A stretch of DNA of 64,000 bases from Armatimonadota bacterium. GTDB taxonomy: Bacteria > Armatimonadota > Fimbriimonadia > Fimbriimonadales > GBS-DC. The notes beneath the pieces were generated by a model. The model was given only the letters and a program-made list of their open reading frames with translations. It was not told the origin of the DNA and ran no database searches. The stretch lies in contig JBBIML010000010.1 in assembly GCA_037444405.1 (NCBI GenBank), positions 32,001-96,000 on the forward strand, read 5' to 3'. The position numbers and the translations under genes were made by a program. This document shows, piece after piece, positions 11,002 through 20,656 of the stretch (position 1 is the stretch's first letter; the number at the start of each line of letters is the position of its first letter).

Positions 11002-11661
11002 ATGAAAAATCGAGCGATTCTGTGTCTACTGTTGACTGCAGGGCTGATTCTGGGTGCAGTCGCATATCAGCAGACGAAAAAGGTAGATACGACGGCGAAA
11101 AAGCCCGCCATCACCTGCCCCGTTTCGGGCGAGGCGATTAAAAACACCGCCCGCGCCCCGCGCTACACCTATCGGGGCAAGACCTACTACTTCTGCTGCA
11201 AGGACTGCCTGACCAAGTTCAAGGCGTCGCCCGCCACCTATCTCAACCGCAAGCCTGCCCCCGCAAGCAACACCAGCAGCGCCAGCAAAGCCTGTTGCAG
11301 CGCGGAGAAGGCGAGCGGCGGGAGCTGCTGCGCGGGCGAGAAGGGCGCAGCGACCAACAAAGGCTGCTGTAGCACGCCAGCTGCATCCAGCAAGGAGAGC
11401 AGGGCGAACCCGCCCGCCAATCAGGGCAATAATCAGCCATCCAGCGAACAGCAAGCCGATCAGTCGGCGAAACTGTTCTGCCCTGTGTCGGAGGAGGAGA
11501 TCACTCCCGACGAGGCGATCGCCTTCGAGTATAACGGCAAGCGCTACTATGTGTGCTGCAGCAACTGCCGGCGCAAGTTCCTTGCCGACCCCGAAACCTA
11601 TGCCAGAAAGGCGGAACAGCTCTCCCCGCTCCAGGGCAAGCCCATCAGCGAGCAGAAATAG
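11002..11661 (+). CDS. exported tandem YHS-domain protein with Cys-pair linker
   Basis: signal peptide; two CPVS...Y.G..YY.CC..C...F...P..Y units. Confidence 0.8.
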   Translation: MKNRAILCLLLTAGLILGAVAYQQTKKVDTTAKKPAITCPVSGEAIKNTARAPRYTYRGKTYYFCCKDCLTKFKASPATYLNRKPAPASNTSSASKACCSAEKASGGSCCAGEKGAATNKGCCSTPAASSKESRANPPANQGNNQPSSEQQADQSAKLFCPVSEEEITPDEAIAFEYNGKRYYVCCSNCRRKFLADPETYARKAEQLSPLQGKPISEQK

Positions 11662-11721
11662 CCCGCGCAACATCAGCGACAGCCACTTGCGGGCAGGCTC
11701 CTGCGCTCAGGGACTTGCCTG

Positions 11722-13386
11722 TCAGGGGTTGAACCATCCCGCTGATAACTGTCTCAGGCTGGGGAGCAGGCTGGGCAGCTGGTGCGGGGCGAGGGGTGGT
11801 TCGGTGCCATCGGGCGTGCCCAGCCCGCGCCGAACCACCTCCCACCAGTCCCATGCCACTATCTGACTCGCATCGAAGATCATCACACCATGCGAGTTGA
11901 GCCGCGCGGCTCGAATCGCCCGCTCAAAGCCTGCCGGGTCGCGAACATAATCGTCGGTGTAGATGCCCGCATAGACCAGCACCTCGCCGTTCGTCCAGTC
12001 CATCACGCGGCGCGTCATGCCCTCCACCGTGCGCACCTCGTCGGCATCGTACAGCGGCGCCTCCGCCATAAAGGGCACATTGAAATAACAACCGGGCATC
12101 AGATAGTCCAGATCGAACAGGTAGGAGCTGAAGCGATAATCGCTGTCGATGAAGGCGTAGGGGCGTTCGAGCGCGTCGCTGCCCCAGTTGACGCCCAGCT
12201 CATAGTAGAGCGGATACCAGCTGCCCACATAGGCGCCGATGGGCATCGGGCGTACCGACTCCACCGTGCGCCGGATCTCGCGCAGCAGGTCGCGAATCAC
12301 CTCCGCGCGGAACTGAACCCACTGCCCGAAGCGGGGTCCGCGCTCATACGCCGCGCGGGGCATCTCTGGCGGGCGCAGGATGTCGTCGGGGAAGTTCGCC
12401 ACCCGCCCATAGCGCGCTTCGAACGCCGCGCGGGTCAACTCCGAAAAGTCGGTGTACACATTCGCCCAGCGCATCCGATCCAGCACCAGCCCATCGATAG
12501 GGTAGTTCTGGCACAGCTCGCCAATGAGCGCCAGCAGGCGCGAGCGCACCTCCGGATGCAGCGGGTTCACAAACACCGCGACGCCTTCCGTGTCCGATTC
12601 GGCAATCGGCTGCAGAATCGGCTGGGTTTCCAGTCGGAGCGCGACGCCCAGCGTGGCAAGCCGCTCCAGGCGAGCCGCCGCCTGACCATCGGCGACCAGC
12701 ACCCAGCCGTCTTCGGGCGGGCGAATCGGCTGGCTAACGAAGACGCCGTCCACAATCGCCTGCACGCGCAGGTCGTCCGTCAGCAGGGCGTAAGCCCAGC
12801 TGCGCCCGGCAGGCGGCGGCGCGTTCGCACGCCGATAAGCCGAGATGCCATCGGGCGGCGGCGCAAGGTCGAACCGATCCAGTGGGTAGCGCGTGCCATC
12901 GGGCAGAACCAGCGTGCGCCTGCGCGAATAGGCGACCATCTGCCAATCGCGACGCTGATACGCCACGCCCGTGTGGAACATCTTGTGCCCTTCCGAGAGC
13001 GCATTGATGCTGGCATGCACCTCCAGCCCCTGCGCGTGCGCCTCCTCCAGAAACATCTGCAGAATGTCTAAATCGGGCGGCACACGCACCCCACGCCACT
13101 CCGTCAGCGGCGGCGCAATCTGGCTCCTATACAGCACATGACCGCTCACAGGCTTCACATCCAGCACAATCGTGTTGAGACCGACGCGCCTGCAGTTCGA
13201 AACGAAGGCGCGCACGCGCTCGCGTTCGATAAGCCACACCAGATTAGCAGCGGCATCGACCCATATCACACGCCCTTCCAGCCCCAGCCGCCGCACCAGA
13301 GATACCGAATCGGGCAACGATTGCGCCAGCAGCGAAGGGAGCCATCCCAGAAAGAGCCAGACCAGCAGTAGAGAGCGAAAACCCAT
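11722..13386 (-). CDS. secreted glycosyl hydrolase-like 10 (GHL10) family protein
   Basis: signal peptide; GLN.IVLDVKP, EAH..GLEVHA, FVNP.HPEV, YPIDGLVLD. Confidence 0.75.
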   Translation of the reverse strand: MGFRSLLLVWLFLGWLPSLLAQSLPDSVSLVRRLGLEGRVIWVDAAANLVWLIERERVRAFVSNCRRVGLNTIVLDVKPVSGHVLYRSQIAPPLTEWRGVRVPPDLDILQMFLEEAHAQGLEVHASINALSEGHKMFHTGVAYQRRDWQMVAYSRRRTLVLPDGTRYPLDRFDLAPPPDGISAYRRANAPPPAGRSWAYALLTDDLRVQAIVDGVFVSQPIRPPEDGWVLVADGQAAARLERLATLGVALRLETQPILQPIAESDTEGVAVFVNPLHPEVRSRLLALIGELCQNYPIDGLVLDRMRWANVYTDFSELTRAAFEARYGRVANFPDDILRPPEMPRAAYERGPRFGQWVQFRAEVIRDLLREIRRTVESVRPMPIGAYVGSWYPLYYELGVNWGSDALERPYAFIDSDYRFSSYLFDLDYLMPGCYFNVPFMAEAPLYDADEVRTVEGMTRRVMDWTNGEVLVYAGIYTDDYVRDPAGFERAIRAARLNSHGVMIFDASQIVAWDWWEVVRRGLGTPDGTEPPLAPHQLPSLLPSLRQLSAGWFNP

Positions 13387-13501
13387 CGGAAAGCGATTAT
13401 ACCCCCAGCCCGATCTTCCCGAAAAGGCGGCAGAAACCGAACATTTGGGCGTCGAATGGGGTATAATAATTTGCCATGTAGGTGTTCGGGCGGGTGCACT
13501 C

Positions 13502-13531
13502 TTGACATGCCCGCCACGCCTGTGGTATAAT
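13502..13531 (+). promoter_or_regulatory. consensus sigma70 promoter
   Basis: TTGACA 13502-13507, 18-nt spacer, TATAAT 13526-13531. Confidence 0.75.
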
Positions 13532-13600
13532 AGGTGTGGTAGGTGTTCGGGAGGATGCGCTCCCAATCCAGAAACACCTGCCGAAAGGAGGAACGGTGAT

Positions 13601-14686
13601 ATGATGAATCGATGGCTAATGGCTTGTACGGCAGGCGCCATTCTGTGCGCCGCTTTTGCGTATGCGGACGGTCAGAAGTTCGCACAGCTGCAACCGCATC
13701 CCGGTACTCTTCAACTCGCTCAGCCTTTGCGAGCCTGCAAAGTGCGCCTGATCAACGGTCAGGTCGTGCAGGTCGGTCCCTGGATTGAGCTGTCCCAGTT
13801 CAACCCGGCAAGCGGCTTGCCACCTTCGCCATGCTCAGCAGGCGGAGCCCTTGCCTTCGACAATGTCGAGATGGACGCGAGCGGTCAACTTTGCGAGAAC
13901 GACAAATACGGTCCATCCTGCGACCTCGATCAGAACGGTCAGCCCGACTGCCCCCATTTCTTCTGGTGGTTCGGCCAAACCTACAACAACCCCTTCTGGG
14001 TGAACGACATTGCGCAGCTGGTGTCGGGCACAGCAGGCACGCAGGCGACCGGCGTGGTGCCTGTCTGGTGTGTGTTCGGGAATAACGCCCCCTTCATTAT
14101 GGTAATCTTCACCGCGGAGGACTTTGATGATACCTGCAACGGTCCTGCTGCGGGTAACATCTACGACGGTGTTGCCTACGACTTCGGCGCTCTCGGGAAC
14201 GGCTGCTGGTACTCCCTTATCTGCCTGGATGGCACGGGGCTGTTCCACCAGATGCCAAACGACGGCAGCGGCGCGTACATCGGGGTCTACCTGACCAGCC
14301 TGAATCCTGTCACGCTGTATCCGGGGCCAGCCCAGCCGCTGCTGTGGGGCACGAAGCCGAACAACCCCAGCCAGCAGGGACCCATCCAGTGGGACGACGA
14401 CAACCCAACCGATGGTCAGCACACCGCACCTGATGAGTGCTACGACTACAGCTTCGGCGTCTGTCCCGACCCGCTGGGCGCTGCGATGGCGTTCTGGGCG
14501 CAGGCTGCGGGCTGCCAGCCCAGCGGCGGGGATGTGGACGGCAACGGCTGTGTGGATGACGCCGACCTGCTGGCTGTGCTGTTCGCGTTTGGCGGCTCGG
14601 GTGGTCCCGAGGATGTCAACTGCGACGGCGTGGTGGACGACGCCGACCTGCTGGAGGTTCTCTTCAACTTCGGCAACGGCTGCTAA
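13601..14686 (+). CDS. secreted Cys-rich protein with C-terminal dockerin/EF-hand-like double repeat
   Basis: signal peptide; GDVDGNGCVDDADLL / EDVNCDGVVDDADLL; AAAGGAGG RBS. Confidence 0.8.
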   Translation: MMNRWLMACTAGAILCAAFAYADGQKFAQLQPHPGTLQLAQPLRACKVRLINGQVVQVGPWIELSQFNPASGLPPSPCSAGGALAFDNVEMDASGQLCENDKYGPSCDLDQNGQPDCPHFFWWFGQTYNNPFWVNDIAQLVSGTAGTQATGVVPVWCVFGNNAPFIMVIFTAEDFDDTCNGPAAGNIYDGVAYDFGALGNGCWYSLICLDGTGLFHQMPNDGSGAYIGVYLTSLNPVTLYPGPAQPLLWGTKPNNPSQQGPIQWDDDNPTDGQHTAPDECYDYSFGVCPDPLGAAMAFWAQAAGCQPSGGDVDGNGCVDDADLLAVLFAFGGSGGPEDVNCDGVVDDADLLEVLFNFGNGC

Positions 14687-14691
14687 GTCGT

Positions 14692-14734
14692 CCCTCACCC
14701 CTTACCCCCTCTCCCGAAGCTTCGGGAGAGGGGG
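14692..14734 (+). repeat. palindromic repeat CCCTCACCC..CCTCTCCC-loop-GGGAGAGGG, copy 1
   Basis: hairpin cccctctcccgaa/ttcgggagagggg after stop codon. Confidence 0.75.
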
Positions 14735-14824
14735 ATTTGACTCTCACTCCTTTGTTCCCTCGCCCGAAACTGCACGCTCGCAACCCTCGCTTCTTTGTTC
14801 CCTCCCCCGTGCCCTCTCCCCCTT

Positions 14825-14841
14825 TTGGCACGAAAGTTGCT
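14825..14841 (+). promoter_or_regulatory. sigma54 -24/-12 promoter
   Basis: TTGGCACGAAAGTTGCT, matches YTGGCACGRNNNTTGCW with GG-N10-GC. Confidence 0.7.
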
Positions 14842-14851
14842 CCATGCTGAA

Positions 14852-14954
14852 GTGCAAAGGCGTTTTCGGTTTGCGCGGCTTGCGTCCTGTGCACCTCCCT
14901 CCCTCTCACAGGGGTCCCGGTGTCCCTCCCATCGGGACCCCACCCTTTATTTTT
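14852..14954 (+). ncRNA. candidate sigma54-dependent small RNA
   Basis: downstream of sigma54 site; two hairpins with UCCCUCC loops; U-rich end. Confidence 0.55.
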
Positions 14955-14981
14955 ACCCTGCGGGTATAATTTCCCGCGAGG

Positions 14982-17630
14982 ATGGCGGCAATCGACTGGC
15001 AGACCTTTAAGCCTCAGACACCGATTTTACAGCAATACTTCCGGGTGAAGGCGCAGCATCCCGAAGTGTTGCTGGCGATGCAGGTGGGCGACTTCTATGA
15101 GTTTTACGGACCCGACGCGGAGCTGGTCGCCCGCGAGCTGGAGATTGTGCTGACGGGGCGTGAGGACGGCAGCAACGGGCGCATCCCGATGGCAGGCGTG
15201 CCTATCCACTCCTATGAACGCTACTTCGCCCGACTGGTGCAAAAGGGCTATCGCGTCGCCATCTGCGATCAGGTCGAAGACCCCAAACTTGCCAAAGGGC
15301 TGGTCAAACGGCGCGTGACGCGCATCCTGACGCCCGGCACCGTCGTGGAAGACTCCATGCTGGAATCGACCGCCAACAACTATCTGGTGGCGGCGGTCAT
15401 CGGCGAACCTGTGCATGGGCTGGGCGTGGTCGATGTGTCCACCGGCGAGTTCCTCACCACCGAAATCGGCGGCGAACACCGCTTCGAAAAGCTGCTGGAC
15501 GAAATCTTCCGGCTGGAACCTGCCGAGATTCTGGTGCCGGAAGACCAGACGGAGCTGATCCAGACGCTTCGCGAGCAGACCAGCGCGACGATTACCCCTG
15601 TTCGGCTGGAGGAGCTGATTGGTCGGGACGCGCGCCAGATTCTGCTCCATCACTTTGGGGTGGAGAGCCTGCGAGGCTTCGGCTGTGAAGGGTACACGCG
15701 CGGGCTGGACGCCGCCGCCCTCGTGCTGCGCTACCTGCAACAGAACCAGTTCCAGACCCTGCAACATATTCGCACGCTCGCCACCTACTCGGTGGAGCAG
15801 TTCATGTATCTCGATTCGGTCGCGCGACGCCATCTGGAGATCACGCAGAATCTGATAGACGGCTCGCGCCGCTACACGCTGTTGAGCGTGCTGGACAGCA
15901 CGCGCACGCCGATGGGGGCACGGCTGCTCAAACGCTGGCTGGATGAGCCGCTGCTGAATGTGGACGCGATTAATGCCCGCCTCGACGCGATTGAGTGTCT
16001 GACCCATCACAACCTTCATCGGGAGGCGCTGCGCGAGCGGTTGCGCCGAATGGCAGATCTCGAACGGCTGATTGCTCGCGCCAGCACGGGCACGGCGAAC
16101 CCGCGCGATCTGGTCGCCCTCCGAGGCTCGCTGCAGGAGCTGCCCGCCCTCTACACGGAGCTGCAGAGCCTGTTGAGCGAGCTGGCACGCGCGCCCACAC
16201 TGTTGATGAATCTGGCGCCGCGCCTCGCGCCGATGGACGAACTGCGCACCCTGCTGGAGCGCGCCCTCGTGGACGACCCGCCCACCAACCTGCAAGCGGG
16301 CGGCATCATTCGCGACGGATTCGACCCCGAACTGGACAGGCTCCGACAGGTGCGCACCGAAGGGCGCAACTGGATCGCCCAGCTGGAAGCGCAGGAACGC
16401 CAGCGCACGGGCATCCCCAGCCTGAAAGTGGGCTATAACGCCGTGTTCGGCTACTACATCGAGGTATCCAAGCCCCATCTGAACAAGGTGCCCTCCCACT
16501 ATATCCGCAAGCAGACCACCACGCAGGCGGAACGCTTCATCACGCCCGAACTGAAGGAGCAGGAAGCCATCCTGCTGGGCGCGGAAGAGCGCATGAACGC
16601 GCTGGAGTACGAACTCTTCTGCCGCGTTCGGGATGAGGTCGCCCGCAACGCGCCCGCTATCCAGTCGCTGGCACGCGCGCTGGCGGAACTCGATGTGCTG
16701 TGCGCCCTCGCCGAGAACGCCGTGCGCTACCGCTACACCCGCCCCCTGGTCGACACCGAGGACCGCCTGCGCATTATCGGCGGTCGCCACCCCGTCGTCG
16801 AGCGCTACAACGAGAACCCCTTCGTGCCCAACGACTGCGAACTGACCCCCAACCAGCGACTGATTATCCTGACGGGACCGAATATGAGCGGAAAGAGCAC
16901 CTTCATACGACAGAATGCACTGATAACTCTCATGGCGCATATCGGCAGTTTTGTGCCCGCGGACAGGGCGGAGATTGGGCTGGTGGATCGCATCTTCACA
17001 CGCGTGGGCGCCCGCGACGAGCTGGCAACGGGGCAGTCCACCTTCATGGTGGAGATGATCGAGACGGCGAACATTCTGAACAACGCCTCGCCTCGCAGTC
17101 TGGTGATTTTAGATGAGATTGGGCGCGGCACCAGCACTTATGATGGGCTGGCTATCGCGTGGGCAGTCGCCGAATATCTGCACGCGATCGGCTGCAAGGT
17201 GCTGTTCGCCACACACTATCACTACCTGAACGAGCTGGCGAATCGGCTGGAGGGCGTGGCGAACTTCCGCGTGGCGGTCAAGGAGCAGGGCGACCGAATC
17301 ATCTGGCTGCACAAGGTGTTGCCCGGCGGCACTGATCGGAGCTACGGCATTCATGTGGCGCGGATGGCGGGCGTACCGCCAGAGGTGATTGAGCGCTCCG
17401 AGCAGATTCTGCGCGAGTTTGAGCGGCGGGGCGTGCAGGCGTCGCTGGCGCCACCTTCAGAAGAGGCGCCAACCATCCGCACCCAAAAGATTCAGCTCAC
17501 CCTGTTTGAGGGGGAGGAGCATCCCCTGATTGAGGAGTTGCGCCAGTTAGACCCCGCCACGCTGACGCCTGTGGAGGCGTTGATGAAGATCGACGAGTGG
17601 AGGCGTCGGTGGGCGCAGCGCGGGCGATAA
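14982..17630 (+). CDS. mutS: DNA mismatch repair protein MutS
   Basis: GDFYEF, TGPNMSGKS, STFMVEM, LDEIGRGTST, FATHYH, SYGIHVA. Confidence 0.97.
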   Translation: MAAIDWQTFKPQTPILQQYFRVKAQHPEVLLAMQVGDFYEFYGPDAELVARELEIVLTGREDGSNGRIPMAGVPIHSYERYFARLVQKGYRVAICDQVEDPKLAKGLVKRRVTRILTPGTVVEDSMLESTANNYLVAAVIGEPVHGLGVVDVSTGEFLTTEIGGEHRFEKLLDEIFRLEPAEILVPEDQTELIQTLREQTSATITPVRLEELIGRDARQILLHHFGVESLRGFGCEGYTRGLDAAALVLRYLQQNQFQTLQHIRTLATYSVEQFMYLDSVARRHLEITQNLIDGSRRYTLLSVLDSTRTPMGARLLKRWLDEPLLNVDAINARLDAIECLTHHNLHREALRERLRRMADLERLIARASTGTANPRDLVALRGSLQELPALYTELQSLLSELARAPTLLMNLAPRLAPMDELRTLLERALVDDPPTNLQAGGIIRDGFDPELDRLRQVRTEGRNWIAQLEAQERQRTGIPSLKVGYNAVFGYYIEVSKPHLNKVPSHYIRKQTTTQAERFITPELKEQEAILLGAEERMNALEYELFCRVRDEVARNAPAIQSLARALAELDVLCALAENAVRYRYTRPLVDTEDRLRIIGGRHPVVERYNENPFVPNDCELTPNQRLIILTGPNMSGKSTFIRQNALITLMAHIGSFVPADRAEIGLVDRIFTRVGARDELATGQSTFMVEMIETANILNNASPRSLVILDEIGRGTSTYDGLAIAWAVAEYLHAIGCKVLFATHYHYLNELANRLEGVANFRVAVKEQGDRIIWLHKVLPGGTDRSYGIHVARMAGVPPEVIERSEQILREFERRGVQASLAPPSEEAPTIRTQKIQLTLFEGEEHPLIEELRQLDPATLTPVEALMKIDEWRRRWAQRGR

Positions 17631-17631
17631 A

Positions 17632-18234
17632 CTATGGAAACAGTCTTGCGAGCCATGCGGCGTCCACGCGCGCCATCTCGGTGAACTTCACACCTGCCAT
17701 CCACTGCCCCTCGCCATGCGGGCGCACATGGCGCACTTTAGCGGTAGCGCGAATGGGCTGTTCCACATCGAGCAGGGTGAACTCCAGCTGAAGCATCTGC
17801 CCCGCCTCCACAGATGTATGCAGCAACAGGCGCATCCCTGTTCGGCTGATGTCGACGGCGCGGGCGTCCTGCTGACGATAGCGCCCACCATCGGCAACAT
17901 TGTTGAGCGTAATCTGCACGGGCAGATTCACCCGATAGCGACGCGCTGAACGGCGGTCAGCAACCTGTGGCGGGGCAACCAGGCGAACGATCAATACATC
18001 ATTATGGCGCTCCTGAACCGCCGCATTGATGCGATAAGCCGCCTCCCGCGCCTGAATATACAGCTCCACGGGCATGTTGGGCGCCAGTCGTGGCAGCTGG
18101 CTCTCTTTGTTCAGGCGGACGCTGATTGCCTCGCGCGAGATTGCCTGCAGTGTGCCCGTGCAGGTGTTGCGCTGGCATGGCAGGCGCACCTCGACCGCAA
18201 TCGCTCCCTGCGAGCCGCTCTCCATTGCGGACAC
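17632..18234 (-). CDS. PilZ (c-di-GMP binding) flagellar-brake-like protein
   Basis: DRRSARR (RxxxR) and DISRTG (D/NxSxxG). Confidence 0.8.
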   Translation of the reverse strand: MSAMESGSQGAIAVEVRLPCQRNTCTGTLQAISREAISVRLNKESQLPRLAPNMPVELYIQAREAAYRINAAVQERHNDVLIVRLVAPPQVADRRSARRYRVNLPVQITLNNVADGGRYRQQDARAVDISRTGMRLLLHTSVEAGQMLQLEFTLLDVEQPIRATAKVRHVRPHGEGQWMAGVKFTEMARVDAAWLARLFP

Positions 18235-18248
18235 CTCCAGTGCAGAGG

Positions 18249-20015
18249 TTATTCCACACTGGCGGGCACGATTTCAACGGTTATCTCTTTGCCGTCGCGT
18301 AGGATAGTGAGCTGAGCGGGTTTGCCCGGCTCCAGCTCCGCGTAGAGGCTCATCATCTGCTCGATGTTCTGCACGCGCTTGCCGTTGATGGCGACGATTC
18401 GGTCGCCCGCTTTCAGCCCCGCTTTTTCGGCAGGGGAGCCGGGTGATACACCCTGCAGCAGCACGCCTTTCTCGTCATTCACGGTGTAGTCGGGGATCAG
18501 CCCCAGTCGCACGCGCATCCCGCGCCGCGCGGGCTGGTCGCTCGCCTGCTGGGGTCGGCTGAAGGCGATTCGCTCCGCCCGCTCCGAGAGCGCGAGCGCG
18601 ACCCGATACACCATGCGCACCACCTTCGCCTGACCCTCGTAGTTAATCTTCTCCCAGGTATCCGATGGGCGGTGATAGTCGGGGTGCATGCCCGTGAAGA
18701 AGAACAACACGGGGATGTTGCGCAGGAAGAAGGAGGTGTGGTCGCTGCCGCCGGTCGCGCTCTGGCTCAGGCTCAGGTTCAGCCCCTCCGTGTTGGCGGC
18801 TTTGACAATCTCCTCCCACTGGGGTGAGCTACCTAATCCGCTTATCGACAGCCGCTCGTTCGTCATGCGACCGATCATGTCCAGATTGAGCATCGCCACA
18901 ATCTTTTCGAGGGGCACAGTGGGGTTGCGCACGAAGTGGGCGGAGCCGACCAGCCCCTCCTCTTCACCTGAAAAGGCGATCAGCAGCACGCTGCGGGCGA
19001 GCTGATGGCGGTTCGCGGCGAGCAGGCGTGCCAGCTCCAGCAGCCCCGCGGTGCCGGAGGCGTTATCGTCTGCGCCGTGATGAACCCCGCCCGATTCGGG
19101 CGCCAGCGAGCCGACCCCGCCAAAGCCGATATGATCATAATGCGCCCCAATCACGATAATCTCCTCGCGTTTAGCGGGGTCGTTGCCCGGCAGGAAGCCA
19201 ATCACATTGCGGGCGGTGCCCTTGCGCGGCTCGATGCCCGCTGCCATCTCCACGCGCAGGTTCGGTATCGGCTGGCTGATGGGCTGACGAGCGGTGTTGA
19301 GCCGCTCGATGGCGGTGTCAACCTGCAGGTTGATGGGCTGTAGCAGGCGGTTGGCTGTCGCGAGGTTCAGGTTCAGCACGGGGATATTGACGGGGCTTGT
19401 CATGCGTCCGCGCGCGCCGAGCGGCAGCAGGCGGTCGTTATCGGGCGTGTTCAGCACCAGCACGCCCGCCGCACCCTTCTCGGCAGCTAAGCGCACGCGC
19501 TGGCTGACCGTTGCCCGCGGCAGACGATCCCGTTCCGATTCGGGAATACCCCGCAAAAAGGCGACAATTTTGCCCTTCACATCGACGCTTGCGTAATCGT
19601 CGTAGCCATTTTCAGGCGCGGAGATGCCGTAGCCGACGAACACCACCTCGCCCGACACCTTCGCGTTCGCCGTGAGATTGAGCGGACGGATTGAATCGGC
19701 GGGCGCGCGCCACTCCCGCCCGCGCGACGGCTTGAACACCAGCGCGGTGTCGGCGGTCGGCTGAAAGCCAATCGTCATTTCAAAATCCTGAAAGTAGCCC
19801 TGCGTGCCCTTCGGCTCCAGCCCGTACTCTTTGAACAGGCGGGCGATATAGTCGGCTGCCTGATGGGCGCCCGGCGCGATTGCCAGCCGTCCCGCCAGCT
19901 CCTCCGACGCCAGATAGCGCACATGCGCTTGAAGGTTGCTGATGGAGACATTGATGTCGGCGCCCGCAAGCGCGAGCAATAGAAACCAGCCCCAGAGCAT
20001 CCCGAATCGGCGCAT
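18249..20015 (-). CDS. M28 family peptidase with PA and PDZ domains
   Basis: GAHYDH, GADDNASG, GEEEGLVGS, NLDMIG, SDH, DYH; C-terminal PDZ. Confidence 0.9.
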   Translation of the reverse strand: MRRFGMLWGWFLLLALAGADINVSISNLQAHVRYLASEELAGRLAIAPGAHQAADYIARLFKEYGLEPKGTQGYFQDFEMTIGFQPTADTALVFKPSRGREWRAPADSIRPLNLTANAKVSGEVVFVGYGISAPENGYDDYASVDVKGKIVAFLRGIPESERDRLPRATVSQRVRLAAEKGAAGVLVLNTPDNDRLLPLGARGRMTSPVNIPVLNLNLATANRLLQPINLQVDTAIERLNTARQPISQPIPNLRVEMAAGIEPRKGTARNVIGFLPGNDPAKREEIIVIGAHYDHIGFGGVGSLAPESGGVHHGADDNASGTAGLLELARLLAANRHQLARSVLLIAFSGEEEGLVGSAHFVRNPTVPLEKIVAMLNLDMIGRMTNERLSISGLGSSPQWEEIVKAANTEGLNLSLSQSATGGSDHTSFFLRNIPVLFFFTGMHPDYHRPSDTWEKINYEGQAKVVRMVYRVALALSERAERIAFSRPQQASDQPARRGMRVRLGLIPDYTVNDEKGVLLQGVSPGSPAEKAGLKAGDRIVAINGKRVQNIEQMMSLYAELEPGKPAQLTILRDGKEITVEIVPASVE

Positions 20016-20155
20016 AGTGAAGGCGATTATACCCGCCTGAAAGCCCAAAACCCGCAAATCTACGCGGAACCTGACCCTGAACGGCAACTGTCCAACAGCC
20101 GATAATCTCCAGAGGGAGACGGAACTCCCCTGACTCTGCGAGTGAGGCGATTGAG

Positions 20156-20377
20156 ATGCCAGGACGAGAGCTTAAAGTGGTGCGTCTGCTGGAGCCGGAG
20201 CTGTGCATGCGGTGCCGATTCGCCGATATAGCCGATGTGGAGATGGCGGATGGGCGGGTACAGCGAATGCTCTACTGTCGGCGGCTCGACTGCGATAACT
20301 GGGACTACTCCTCGGCGGAACCTGCGAAGCGGGTGGAACTGTCTAATGGTGTAGAGGACTGGGATGAGGAGCCGTAG
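20156..20377 (+). CDS. small Cys-rich putative metal-binding protein
   Basis: CxxC ... CxxxxC; GAGG RBS. Confidence 0.65.
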   Translation: MPGRELKVVRLLEPELCMRCRFADIADVEMADGRVQRMLYCRRLDCDNWDYSSAEPAKRVELSNGVEDWDEEP

Positions 20378-20411
20378 AGCACGCGAGGCAGTGGGGCGGT
20401 GGGAGCCGCGC

Positions 20412-20552
20412 ATGGCGGAGCGGGCACGAAACGGTTTCGACCTGCCTCCTCATCCGTGGGCAGACTTGCATGTGCAAGTCGTGCTCCAGCAGGCACTGGT
20501 GCGGATCGGCGAAGCGGGGCGCCGGTTCGCCCAGTGCCTCCTTGACGAATAG
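20412..20552 (+). CDS. small hypothetical protein
   Basis: GGGAG RBS then MAERARNGFDLPPHPW...; 46 aa. Confidence 0.35.
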   Translation: MAERARNGFDLPPHPWADLHVQVVLQQALVRIGEAGRRFAQCLLDE

Positions 20553-20656
20553 CTTTTCCCCTCCCACGCACGCGCCCTTCACACGCAGCGCCGGAGCCGC
20601 CCACCTCCGGCGCTGCCCTCTTTTTCGGGTACAATCCCTCAAAGGAGTGAGCAGCG

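Noticed and set aside
15027..16940. Long antisense ORFs (also 741-1700, 11782-13071, 25051-26088, 59473-60606)
   Set aside because: Shadow frames of well-supported genes in GC-rich DNA
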